Assembly: GCF_937982615.1 (NCBI RefSeq)
Contig: NZ_CALJLL010000190.1
Source: an uncultured Nocardioides sp.
Lineage (GTDB): Bacteria; Actinomycetota; Actinomycetes; Propionibacteriales; Nocardioidaceae
Length of the DNA: 64,000 nt
Strand: one strand, 5' to 3'
Both the position numbers and the translations under genes were made by a program. Under the pieces are notes generated by a model, which was given only the letters and a program-made list of their open reading frames with translations, had not been told where the DNA came from and searched no databases. Below, in pieces: positions 53,579 to 62,444 of this stretch (within the stretch, counting starts at the first letter, position 1; every line of letters starts with the position of its first letter).

Positions 53579-55690
53579 GTGCCGGCTGTCGGTGGGTCGC
53601 TGCTGGCTGCGGAGGTGTCCCAGCCCGTCGAGGAGTCCGGGGCCCCGCCCGCAGCGACAGGTGAACCACCGCGGCTGCTGCTCGGGCTGAGTCTGGCGGT
53701 GGTCATCGTCAGTACGACGATGGCCGTGACCGGCGCCTGGCGCACCGGCGTCTCGTGGGACGAGCCGTTCCACGTGATGCGGTTGCGCAACTTCCTCGAC
53801 CACGGCTGGTTCGCTCTCGACTGGTCGGTCGCCAGCGGCGGCTCGAGCGACGCAGAGAGCAACACCCTCGTCTACGGGCCGGTCGCGATGCTGCTCCTCC
53901 ACGGGCTCACCGCGCTCGTCGGAGTCGAGGGGTGGGGATCGGTCTCCACCTCCCCGGACGCGTACGCCGTCCGACACCTCGGCGTGGTCGCGATCGGCCT
54001 GGCCGGCACCGGCGCGGCCGCCTGCATCACCCGGGTGCTGCAGGGCTCCTGGCGCTGGGCACTGGTCACCGCCGCGGTACTGCTCGCGTTGCCGATGTGG
54101 ACCGGCCAGCTGATGTTCAACATCAAGGATGTCCCGGTCGCGACCGGCTACACCCTGGTGACGCTGGCGTTGGTCGCAATGGTGTCGCCCACCCGGGGCC
54201 GGGCGATGGCCCGGGTGACAGCCCTGGTCGCCGGTGCTGTCCTCATGCTGGGCACCCGTCCCGGGATGGTGACGGCGCTGCTGGGCGGCGTACTGCTGTT
54301 GGCGGCCGGCGCCGTCCTCACCCAACAGCGGCTGCGCCCGATGCTCGTCGAGCTCGCCATCGCGTTGGGCAGCACAGCGGTGGTGCTGGTCGCGCTCTAC
54401 CCCGGCGTGTACGCCGACCCGCTCAGCCTGATCGGCTCGGCGGAGCAGTCCACCCGGTTCCGAGGCGGTGGCGGGGCCGGACTCCTGTACATCCCCTTCC
54501 ACTTGGTCGCCGAGTTCCCGCTGCTGCTCCAGGGCGCCGCCGCCCTCGGGCTCGCGTACGCCGTACGCACCGGCGGGCGGCAGCGCCGTATGCCGTCTCC
54601 CCAGCTCGTTCGGATCTGCCTGGTCGTGGCGCAGGCGGCCGCCCTGCCGCTGGTCGCCGTAGCGACGGACGCTGACCTCTACAACGGTCTGCGGCAACTG
54701 CTCTTCGCCGCACCTGCGTGGGCCGTGATCGCCACGCTCGGCATCGTCCAGGTCGTGGGCTGGGCGCGCCGACGGGGCCGGCCGCGACTGGTCGGCGCAC
54801 TGGTCGGAGCACTGGTCGCGCTCGCGTTGGTCCTCCCGGTGCTCGACCAGCTGACCCTGTTCCCCTACCAGTACAGCTACTGGAACGTCGCGCTCGACAC
54901 GACAGGTGCCCGAGTGCAGTCGGACTACTGGCGCACCAGCGTGCCCGAGCTGCTCCCCGACATCCCCACGAACGGCCAGATCATCTGCGGCCCGACCCGC
55001 TCCAGCCGGCTCGGCGCGCCAGCTGGGACGCCGGAGGCAGCAGGGGTCGAGGAGTCGGACATGATGGCCGGCCGTTACTCCTCCGACAGCAGCGTCGACT
55101 GCCGGACCGACCCGCTCGGCCCGCTGTCCTCGCGCTGGTCTGCCGACGACCTGCCGCTCGGCACCGCGCTCCCGCACAACGAGTTCTACGTCGTCATCGA
55201 TCGCGACCACGCGGTGCCGAGCAACTGCGACCAGCTGGCATCGGTCAACCGCCAGCGGCACTGGCGCGAGGTGTCGATGACCTACGTCGCGCGCTGCCAG
55301 CTCGACCCCTCGCCGCTGGACGACCCGGTCGAGTTCGTGCGGCTGCCCGGCGAGAACATGGCGCCGCCGCTGTGGACCTACGCCCCCGAGGGCTGGGTGA
55401 TGCGTGAATCGGAAGTCGCGATCGACGCGTCAGGGACCGCGGCGAGTCTGACCTTCGCGGCACCCGCGAGCTGTGGCAGCTGTGCCCTCGCGCTGGACGC
55501 CGACGCACCCGCCGACCTCACCGCCACGGTCAACGACGCGCCCGCGGCCGTCGAGGTAGGCGGCGGCTCGGCGTACGTCGACCTCGGCACCGACCCCGGC
55601 GACACCTGGGTCACCTTCACGCGCACGTCCGGAGCGCCGCTCGGCCTCCGGGTCCGCTCCATCCGAGTGGTCCCCCATGGGACCAGATGA
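53579..55690 (+). CDS. GT-C-fold (ArnT/PMT-like, polyprenyl-phosphate-sugar dependent) membrane glycosyltransferase, paralog A
   Basis: Track ORF of 703 aa with a GTG start. The first-loop motif is WDEPFHVMRLRN. MWTGQLMFNIKDVPVATG and LGTRPGM are present. More than 10 TM helices are followed by a ~250-aa C-terminal soluble domain. Confidence 0.65.
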   Translation: MPAVGGSLLAAEVSQPVEESGAPPAATGEPPRLLLGLSLAVVIVSTTMAVTGAWRTGVSWDEPFHVMRLRNFLDHGWFALDWSVASGGSSDAESNTLVYGPVAMLLLHGLTALVGVEGWGSVSTSPDAYAVRHLGVVAIGLAGTGAAACITRVLQGSWRWALVTAAVLLALPMWTGQLMFNIKDVPVATGYTLVTLALVAMVSPTRGRAMARVTALVAGAVLMLGTRPGMVTALLGGVLLLAAGAVLTQQRLRPMLVELAIALGSTAVVLVALYPGVYADPLSLIGSAEQSTRFRGGGGAGLLYIPFHLVAEFPLLLQGAAALGLAYAVRTGGRQRRMPSPQLVRICLVVAQAAALPLVAVATDADLYNGLRQLLFAAPAWAVIATLGIVQVVGWARRRGRPRLVGALVGALVALALVLPVLDQLTLFPYQYSYWNVALDTTGARVQSDYWRTSVPELLPDIPTNGQIICGPTRSSRLGAPAGTPEAAGVEESDMMAGRYSSDSSVDCRTDPLGPLSSRWSADDLPLGTALPHNEFYVVIDRDHAVPSNCDQLASVNRQRHWREVSMTYVARCQLDPSPLDDPVEFVRLPGENMAPPLWTYAPEGWVMRESEVAIDASGTAASLTFAAPASCGSCALALDADAPADLTATVNDAPAAVEVGGGSAYVDLGTDPGDTWVTFTRTSGAPLGLRVRSIRVVPHGTR

Positions 55691-55700
55691 GGAGACAGCG

Positions 55701-56621
55701 ATGATCAAGAACACCTGGGTCGTGGTTCCCGCGCTCAACGAGGCCGACAACCTCGTGGTCGTCGTACCCCGCATCCTGTCCGAACTGGTCATGCTCGGGG
55801 GCGAGGGGCACGTGCTCGTCGTCGACGACGGCTCCACCGACAAGACGCGCGAGGTCATGGACGACCTTGCCGACCGCCACGAGGCCGTCGAGGTGATCTC
55901 GCTCGGCCGCAACCTCGGCAAGGCCTCCGCGCTCCGGCGAGGCTTCGAACGCGCTCTCGCCGAGGACGCGGACGTCGTGGTGATGATGGACGCCGACGGG
56001 CAGGACGACCCGGCCGAGCTGCCGCTGTTGCTGGCTCGCCTCGAGGACGGCGCCGACCTGGTCACCGGCGCGCGGACGGTGCGCCACGACCGCTTCATCA
56101 AGCGGCACACCTCGAAGCTCTACAACGCGACGACGGCAAGGCTTTCGGGCACACCCGGCCGGGACTTCAACTCCGGCTTCAAGGTGATGCGCGCCGACGT
56201 GGCCCGGCACGTGTCCCCGATGCTGTACGGCGAGCTGCACCGCTACCTCACCGTCGTCGCGCACTGGCTCGGGTTCCGGGTGGCCGAGGTCAGTGTCCAG
56301 CACCACGAGCGGCTGCACGGCCGGACCAAGTACGGCCTGGCGCGGTTCTGGCGAGGCTTCGTGGACCTGGTCACCGTCCGCTTCCTGATGTCCTACGAGA
56401 GCCGGCCCTCGCACCTGTTCAGCGGGATCGGCCTGGTCAGCCTGGCATTGGGTGGCTTGGCGCTCGCGTACCTCCTCGTCGAGAGGGTGTCCGGCGCCGC
56501 CGTCGGAGGCCGGCCGCTCCTCATTGCCGGCGTGGTGCTGGCCCTCGGCGGCCTGCAGTTGGTGCTGTTCGGGCTGCTGGCCGAGTTGCACGTCTACTCC
56601 CGCCAGCGCGAACGCGCGTGA
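55701..56621 (+). CDS. GT2 polyprenyl-phosphate glycosyltransferase (GtrB/Ppm1/ArnC-like) with two C-terminal TM helices
   Basis: Part of track ORF 55677..56621, starting at MIKNTWVVVPALNEADNL. It contains VVDDGSTD and MDADGQDDP (DxD). The start could instead be 55677. Confidence 0.8.
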   Translation: MIKNTWVVVPALNEADNLVVVVPRILSELVMLGGEGHVLVVDDGSTDKTREVMDDLADRHEAVEVISLGRNLGKASALRRGFERALAEDADVVVMMDADGQDDPAELPLLLARLEDGADLVTGARTVRHDRFIKRHTSKLYNATTARLSGTPGRDFNSGFKVMRADVARHVSPMLYGELHRYLTVVAHWLGFRVAEVSVQHHERLHGRTKYGLARFWRGFVDLVTVRFLMSYESRPSHLFSGIGLVSLALGGLALAYLLVERVSGAAVGGRPLLIAGVVLALGGLQLVLFGLLAELHVYSRQRERA

Positions 56622-58696
56622 GAGCTCCCCGCCCGGGCACCGCGGACCGCTGGGGTCCGCCGCCGCGGCTGCTCGTCGTCACGGGCGCCGTGGTCCTCGC
56701 CGTGGCCACCGTCCTGGCGATCCTCGGTGCCACGCGCGCCGGCATCACCACCGACGAACCGATCCACGTGATGCGGCTGCGCAACTACTTCGACACCGGG
56801 TGGTACGCGCTCGACTGGGACTACGGCGGCGCGGGCCCCGGCGGGGACGGCACCAACACCTACGTCTACGCACCGGTCACCATGCTGCTCCTGCACGGCT
56901 GGTGCTGGCTCTGGGGCGTCGAGGGCTGGCACACCGTGTCGACCTCCGAGCACGCCTACCACGTACGACACCTCGGCGTGGTCGTGATCGGACTGCTCGG
57001 CGTCGCTGCCGTGGCCGCCACCGGCCGTGTTGTCCTGAGGTACTGGCGCTGGGGCCTCGTCGCCGCGGCGGCGCTGTCCGCCGTACCGATGTGGACCGGG
57101 CACGCGATGTTCAACGTCAAGGACACACCGGTGGCGACCGGCCACACGCTGGCCACCCTCGGGTTGCTGCTCTGCATCCGGACCACCACCCCGCGGCTCG
57201 CCGTAGGGCTGGCGCGAGCCGGTTGCCTGACCGCAGGACTCGTGCTGACCCTGGGCACCCGGCCGGGGATGTGGTCCGGGCTGCTGATCCTGCTGCTCGT
57301 CGCCGTGGTCGGCGTGCTCTACCTGCCCGCGACGCGACGCCTCCGGGCGACCACGCTGGCTGAGATCGTCGCTTCCTGTCTGGTGGCCGCCGGCGTCCTG
57401 GTGGCGACGTACCTGAACCTCTTCGGGTCCCCGCTGCGCGCGCTGCCCCGGACCAGCGAGGCCTCTTCGAGCTTCCTCGGTGGGGAGAAGACCGACCGCT
57501 GGTACGTGCCCCGCCACCTCATCGAGGAGCTGCCGCTGCTGCTGCTCCTGTTCGCGATCACCGGTGTGGTGGCCGTCGCCGTGCTCCTGCTCCGGGACCG
57601 CCGGGACGAACGGGTGCTCTCCACCCGGCTCTCGCTGGTCGGCGTCCAAGCGCTCGCGCTGCCGGTGGCGGCGATCGTGCTCGGCTCGGACCTCTACCAC
57701 GGGCTGCGGCAGCTGCTCTTCGCCATCCCCGCGCTGGCCGTGCTCGCGACGTACGGCATCGCCTGGTGGTTGCAGCGACCGCGGCCCGAAGCCTGGCTGG
57801 TCGCCTCCGCCGCGTCGGTGGCGTTGGTGCTGCCCACGATCGACCAGGTGACGCTGCAGCCGTACCAGACGACCTACGTCAACCTCGCCACCGATCTGCT
57901 CGTGGGGCGCGACAAGCCCGCCGACAGTCGGCCCGGGGGGGACTACTGGCGGGTCAGCATCCCGGAGTTGGTGCGCGACGCCCCCCTCGACCTCCAGCTC
58001 GTCTGCAAGGCGACGACGGCAGAGCCTGCCGACGTCGCCTACCCGTTCACCAACGGCGGCGAGGCGTTCTCCACCAGTCGGTCCACCGACTGCCGCGAGG
58101 AGGCCAACGGTCCGCTGGCACCCGCCGCGCTGCCAACGGTCCGGCAGCTGCCGGTGACGCAGTACGACGCGGTGTTCATCGGTCCACTGCCCACCAACTG
58201 CACGCCGGTCGACGACGTGACCCGCTGGCGGCACGGCTTCGAGGTGGTGCTCTCCACGCTGGGTCGCTGCACGGTCACCCCGTCGCCCCTCACCGAGACC
58301 GGCGTCCGCGCCGACGACCCGGTCATCGGGACCACCCAGCCCGGCGATCTGTGGCTGTACGCCACCGACGGTTGGCTCCAGTGGCCCGGGCGCCCCGAGC
58401 TGACCGCACCCGTGCCGATTGCCGGTCTCGCGTTCCGCCCCGACGCCTCGTGCGGCGGCGCGGGCTGCACGCTGGTGATCGCCAGCTCGAGTCCAGCAGA
58501 TGTCGTGGCGAGCGTCGACGGCACCGACGTACCGGTGTCGCGGGCCGCCGACGGCTCGCTGGAGCTGCCGATCTCCGCCGAGCAGGCCGGGCAGGACGTG
58601 TGGGTCAGCCTGAGCCGGCGCTCGACCGGGCCCCTTGACGTACGGCTCTTCGGACTCTCCCTCGTCCTCCCCACCGGATCGAAGGGAACGGCATGA
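56618..58696 (+). CDS. GT-C-fold membrane glycosyltransferase, paralog B
   Basis: Track ORF of 692 aa, collinear with paralog A. The matching motifs are TDEPIHVMRLRN, MWTGHAMFNVKDTPVATG, LGTRPGM, DLYHGLRQLLFA and DYWRVSIPEL. A GTGA overlap joins it to the GT2 gene. Confidence 0.65.
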   Translation: MRAPRPGTADRWGPPPRLLVVTGAVVLAVATVLAILGATRAGITTDEPIHVMRLRNYFDTGWYALDWDYGGAGPGGDGTNTYVYAPVTMLLLHGWCWLWGVEGWHTVSTSEHAYHVRHLGVVVIGLLGVAAVAATGRVVLRYWRWGLVAAAALSAVPMWTGHAMFNVKDTPVATGHTLATLGLLLCIRTTTPRLAVGLARAGCLTAGLVLTLGTRPGMWSGLLILLLVAVVGVLYLPATRRLRATTLAEIVASCLVAAGVLVATYLNLFGSPLRALPRTSEASSSFLGGEKTDRWYVPRHLIEELPLLLLLFAITGVVAVAVLLLRDRRDERVLSTRLSLVGVQALALPVAAIVLGSDLYHGLRQLLFAIPALAVLATYGIAWWLQRPRPEAWLVASAASVALVLPTIDQVTLQPYQTTYVNLATDLLVGRDKPADSRPGGDYWRVSIPELVRDAPLDLQLVCKATTAEPADVAYPFTNGGEAFSTSRSTDCREEANGPLAPAALPTVRQLPVTQYDAVFIGPLPTNCTPVDDVTRWRHGFEVVLSTLGRCTVTPSPLTETGVRADDPVIGTTQPGDLWLYATDGWLQWPGRPELTAPVPIAGLAFRPDASCGGAGCTLVIASSSPADVVASVDGTDVPVSRAADGSLELPISAEQAGQDVWVSLSRRSTGPLDVRLFGLSLVLPTGSKGTA

Positions 58697-59394
58697 AGAC
58701 CTGGTACGTCGCCGCGATCCGCGGCCTGCGCCGGGCGCTGGCGGCGCTCGGCCTGCTGCGCCTGCTCGATCGGTGGGCCGCACGATCCCGGGCCGGGCTG
58801 TGGGTCCGGTCGCTGCTCTCGATCTACGACCTGTCCGAGCTGCTGCGCTACGACGTGCCGTGGTGGACCTTCGAGGCGTCCGACCGGGTCGCTGCCTTCT
58901 TGGCGAACCGCCCCGGGGCCCGGGTCTTCGAGTGGGGGTCCGGTGCGTCGACCGTCTGGCTCTCGCGGCGTTCGGGATCAGTGACCTCGGTCGAGCACGA
59001 CGCGGCCTGGGCCCGGGTCGTCGAGCCGATCCTGCCGGCGAACGCGCTTGTGCGGGTCGTCGAGCCGCTCCGTGACCCGGATGGCTCGGGCCGGGCACGC
59101 TCGGAGAGGGCGGGGTTCGAGGGGCTCGACTTCACGCCGTACGTCGCGGCGATGGACGAGGCCGACGGGACCTTCGACCTGGTGGTGGTCGACGGGCGGG
59201 CGCGCAACGCCTGCTTCCATCGGGCGATCTCGCGGCTCGCGCCCGGCGGCGTCCTGGTCTTCGACAACGTCGACCGCCAGCGCTACCGCGACGCGCTCGA
59301 GTCGTCGCCGGTGCCGATCGAGGTCGAGTGGACCCGTGGGCTGACGCCGACGCTTCCCTATCCCACCCGCACCGCCCTGGTGCGGCTGAGGTGA
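58693..59394 (+). CDS. Class I SAM-dependent methyltransferase
   Basis: Track ORF of 233 aa with VFEWGSGASTVWL (motif I) and LVVVDGRARNAC...GGVLVFDN. An ATGA overlap joins it to the preceding gene. Confidence 0.65.
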   Translation: MKTWYVAAIRGLRRALAALGLLRLLDRWAARSRAGLWVRSLLSIYDLSELLRYDVPWWTFEASDRVAAFLANRPGARVFEWGSGASTVWLSRRSGSVTSVEHDAAWARVVEPILPANALVRVVEPLRDPDGSGRARSERAGFEGLDFTPYVAAMDEADGTFDLVVVDGRARNACFHRAISRLAPGGVLVFDNVDRQRYRDALESSPVPIEVEWTRGLTPTLPYPTRTALVRLR

Positions 59395-59412
59395 TCCTCT
59401 GGTGAGCGACTC

Positions 59413-60372
59413 GTGACCAGCCGCTGGCTGCCGTACCTCCGTGCCGGGTTCCTCGGCGCGGTGGTGGTGTTCGCCTATCTGGGGTTACGCGGTCGCTTTG
59501 GGGAGGTCGCCGATGCTCTCCGCGAGACCCCGCCCGGCGGCCTGGTGCTGGCGCTGGCCCTCGTGCTGCTCGGCCTCAGCTGCACGGGCGTCCTGTGGCT
59601 GCGGATCATGGCCGCGCTGGGCGGCCGGCTACCGCTGCTCGACGGGTCGGCGACGTTCTTCGTGGGCCAACTGGGCAAGTACATCCCCGGCTCGGTGTGG
59701 TCGCTCGGGGCACAGGCCCAACTCGCCGGCCGGTACGCCGTACCGCCGCGCGCGACCGTCACGGCCGGGCTGGTGTTCCTCGGCTACCACCTGGTGACCG
59801 GCGTGGCTGTGGGTGCGGTGGCCTGCGTCTGCGGTTGGGTCGATGCGCCGTGGCCGGGCTGGGTGTCGGTCCTCGCGCTGGTGCTCTCGGTGCTGGCGCT
59901 GCTCCCGCCAGTGGTCCGCAGGCTGGCGCGACGACTGGGCGGCCGTGAACTCCAGCTCGGCTGGGTGGATACGGCGGTGGTCGTCGCCTTGATGCTCGCG
60001 ACCTGGTCGGCGTACGCCGCGGCGCTGGTGCTGCTCTCACCCGATCGATCGTGGTCCGACGTACTCGCCCTAGGTGCGGCCTTCGCCATCGCCTACGCCG
60101 TGGGCGTGGTCGTGATCGCCGCGCCGGCCGGCGTCGGTGCCCGCGAGGCGCTCTTCGTGGCCCTGCTCACCCCGGTCCTCGGCGTCGCCGAGGCGACGGC
60201 GCTCGCCCTGCTGGCCCGGGTGGTGCACACGGTGGCCGACGGGCTGCTCGCCGCCAGCTGGTGGGCAGTGGCCCGACGCCCGGGAGCCGCCGCTCTCGAC
60301 CCGGCGCGGCTCAGCGCGGATGCGACTTGCGCGGATCTCCCGACCGCCTCGCCGCCCGCTGGGCCGCGGTGA
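59413..60372 (+). CDS. Lysylphosphatidylglycerol-synthase-TM-region / flippase-like (UPF0104) membrane protein
   Basis: Track ORF of 319 aa with 8 or more TM helices. It contains GQLGKYIPGSVWS and PAGVGAREA. Confidence 0.6.
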   Translation: MTSRWLPYLRAGFLGAVVVFAYLGLRGRFGEVADALRETPPGGLVLALALVLLGLSCTGVLWLRIMAALGGRLPLLDGSATFFVGQLGKYIPGSVWSLGAQAQLAGRYAVPPRATVTAGLVFLGYHLVTGVAVGAVACVCGWVDAPWPGWVSVLALVLSVLALLPPVVRRLARRLGGRELQLGWVDTAVVVALMLATWSAYAAALVLLSPDRSWSDVLALGAAFAIAYAVGVVVIAAPAGVGAREALFVALLTPVLGVAEATALALLARVVHTVADGLLAASWWAVARRPGAAALDPARLSADATCADLPTASPPAGPR

Positions 60373-60631
60373 CCTTCCATTTCTTGGCGGCGCGCCACCG
60401 CCAGATCGCGGTGACGATCAGCGCACCGCCGAGCGACCCGATGATGCCGCTGGGTCGCAGCTCCAGACCGTCACCTGCCAGCAGGCTGATCAACAGGCCA
60501 CCGATGAACGACCCGCTGAGCCCGGCGATGATCGCCTGCGTCCAGTCGATGCGGTGGTGCTTGCGGCCGAGAATGAGCTGCGCGCCGGCGCCCATGAGCA
60601 TGCCGAACGTGATGATGGCCAAGACGAGCAC
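60311..60631 (-). CDS. GlsB/YeaQ/YmgE-family small membrane (stress) protein with a basic C-terminal tail
   Basis: Track ORF 60311..60721, trimmed to GTG (VLVLAIITFGMLMGAGAQLILG...LSGSFIGGLLISLL). It overlaps the convergent 59413..60372 gene by 62 nt. Confidence 0.6.
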   Translation of the reverse strand: MLVLAIITFGMLMGAGAQLILGRKHHRIDWTQAIIAGLSGSFIGGLLISLLAGDGLELRPSGIIGSLGGALIVTAIWRWRAAKKWKVTAAQRAARRSGDPRKSHPR

Positions 60632-60684
60632 GGCCGGAGCATAGCGGCGGTCGGGGCGACCTCGTAGCCCACCAGGTTGGACGT

Positions 60685-61608
60685 CTAGCGCCCGCAGTGT
60701 CGAACGACCTCTGTCCGACACCGGTCATGACCACCTCGACCGTTGGCCGTGTCGCGGCCCGGTCCACCCAAGAGCCGATCGTTGCCGACCGTGCCGGAGA
60801 GGGTGTCGTTCCCATCTCCTCCCTTGAGCGTGTAGCCACCACCCTCGCCAGCGCAGCGCGTCCCGGGGTCCAGTCCGTCGTCGTAGGGCCCCTTGGCGAG
60901 TACGTCGGGACCCTTGCCGCCTTTCACGACCGCGTCGCATCCCCTGACGCGCAGCCGGTTTGCGCCGCTGTCACCTCGGAGCGAGACGCGTTTGCCGAGC
61001 GCATAGACGTTGCTGGTTCCGCTCACTGTCGCGGTCACAGCGCCATCGATCGAAAGCGTTCCGTTCGCCAGGTCGACGTCGGTGTTCTCGAAACCCACAG
61101 CGATCAGCTCAGTCGCACCCGGCCCGAACCGCACCGAGCCTGTCGAGACGGCGGTCGGATTCACATCCGCCACCACGACGGCGGTGTCGTTGCCTCCCGA
61201 GGTGAGGTCGACGTCGAACGCGGTTGGGCTGCTGCGCCATATGTACACGGTCTCGGTTGCCGGCGTACCCACGTAGGACGCGTACGAGGTCGCGGAGAGG
61301 TAGACCGTGCCTCCGGTGCCTGCGGGTGCCTGCGACAACACCGAGATGCGCTCCCCGAAGACGAACACCTGCGAGCCGGTGTGACAGACGAGGTCAGTAC
61401 CTCCGTTTCCGCGCACCGTGGCGGCACCGATGGCGAGGATGACGTCATCGCCCGACGTGCCAGTCAGATCGCCGCTGCCCTCGATCGTGGCGGCCCGACC
61501 CTGACATGTCCCAGCGGCGTGTGCCGGCATCGATGATCCGAGGAGCAATAGCCAACTCGCAATGAACGTGGCGACGGCCAGGAGGCGGATTGGGATCTTG
61601 GGATGCAT
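60685..61608 (-). CDS. Secreted protein with RTX-like (GGxGxD) calcium-binding repeats
   Basis: Track ORF 60685..61719, trimmed to MHPKIPIRLLAVATFIASWLLLLGSSMPAHA. The C-terminus reads GGDGNDTLSGTVGNDRLLGGPGRDTANGRGGHD. Confidence 0.65.
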   Translation of the reverse strand: MHPKIPIRLLAVATFIASWLLLLGSSMPAHAAGTCQGRAATIEGSGDLTGTSGDDVILAIGAATVRGNGGTDLVCHTGSQVFVFGERISVLSQAPAGTGGTVYLSATSYASYVGTPATETVYIWRSSPTAFDVDLTSGGNDTAVVVADVNPTAVSTGSVRFGPGATELIAVGFENTDVDLANGTLSIDGAVTATVSGTSNVYALGKRVSLRGDSGANRLRVRGCDAVVKGGKGPDVLAKGPYDDGLDPGTRCAGEGGGYTLKGGDGNDTLSGTVGNDRLLGGPGRDTANGRGGHDRCRTEVVRHCGR

Positions 61609-61740
61609 CGGCTCGCTCGCCATCCACGTGAAGGGGCAACATGTCCTACTCGACGTCGAGAATGACTCGTTAGTTCGCCTCGCACCCCGCGAGGGTCCAG
61701 TACGTCGGGCGGAAATCAACGACTGTCGTCATGTCCCAAC

Positions 61741-62121
61741 TCAGATTGCGACGATCTCTACGTCCGCACCGGCGGCGCGGGCGAGGTGCTCGATGTCGTC
61801 TGGGTCGGAGGTGAAGATACGGTCCGCAGTGTCGGCGATCAGCACAACCGCTGCGTCGATGACGTCGCTCGTGCGGCTCGTCGCCAACAGAGACCCTGCC
61901 CGTCGTCCGAGTGCGTCGTCGAGCGGGATCGTGGCCACGTGTCGCAATGCGTGCGCCAGCGGCGCCTGCCGCCCGGACCCGCCGCGCCACACCTGACCAA
62001 CCACGCCGCCGTGCGTGCACGCGGTTCGCCCGGCGAGCCGTTCACCCTTGAGGTGGGCGAGCAGTCGTCGGTCGCCCGCCTCCAGCGCCAGCAGACCGCC
62101 GGCGTCGAGCACGACCGTCAC
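61741..62121 (-). CDS. vapC: PIN-domain toxin (VapC-like)
   Basis: Track ORF of 126 aa beginning MTVVLDAGGLLALE, with DVIDAAVV and TSDPDD. A 4-nt overlap joins it to the upstream antitoxin gene. Confidence 0.65.
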   Translation of the reverse strand: MTVVLDAGGLLALEAGDRRLLAHLKGERLAGRTACTHGGVVGQVWRGGSGRQAPLAHALRHVATIPLDDALGRRAGSLLATSRTSDVIDAAVVLIADTADRIFTSDPDDIEHLARAAGADVEIVAI

Positions 62122-62393
62122 GCGACACCGGAGCTGCGTACGACGCGGGCCCGGGATCGGTAGTACCGGTCCGCCTCGGCCATCTCTGCCTCGGTGATCT
62201 CGCCGTGCTCGGCCTCGTACTCCGCAAGAAACTCGTCGAAGGCCTGCAGCCTCTGGTCGTGCTCCGCCTGACGCCGTAGCGCGTCATTGACCCAAGCGCT
62301 AAGTGAGTCGGCCCGACCCGCCTCCACGGCGGCTCGACCCACAGCCAACAGGTCGGCCTCGACGGTTGCCGAGAGACGCTCGCGAGTGCTCAT
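62118..62393 (-). CDS. Ribbon-helix-helix antitoxin (VapB-like)
   Basis: Track ORF 62118..62417, trimmed to MSTRERLSATVEADLL...SLSAWVNDALRR. This gives an RHH beta strand followed by two helices. Confidence 0.55.
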   Translation of the reverse strand: MSTRERLSATVEADLLAVGRAAVEAGRADSLSAWVNDALRRQAEHDQRLQAFDEFLAEYEAEHGEITEAEMAEADRYYRSRARVVRSSGVA

Positions 62394-62444
62394 ACGATAA
62401 GTGTATGACAATGCCACGATCGTGGCACAGCGGGCTGCCCTAGG

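Noticed and set aside
55677-55700. An upstream start (MGPDEETA) for the GT2 gene that overlaps the GT-C gene
   Set aside because: This start is possible, but the conserved GT2 N-terminus begins at MIKNTWVVVPALNE. I chose 55701 and the choice remains uncertain.
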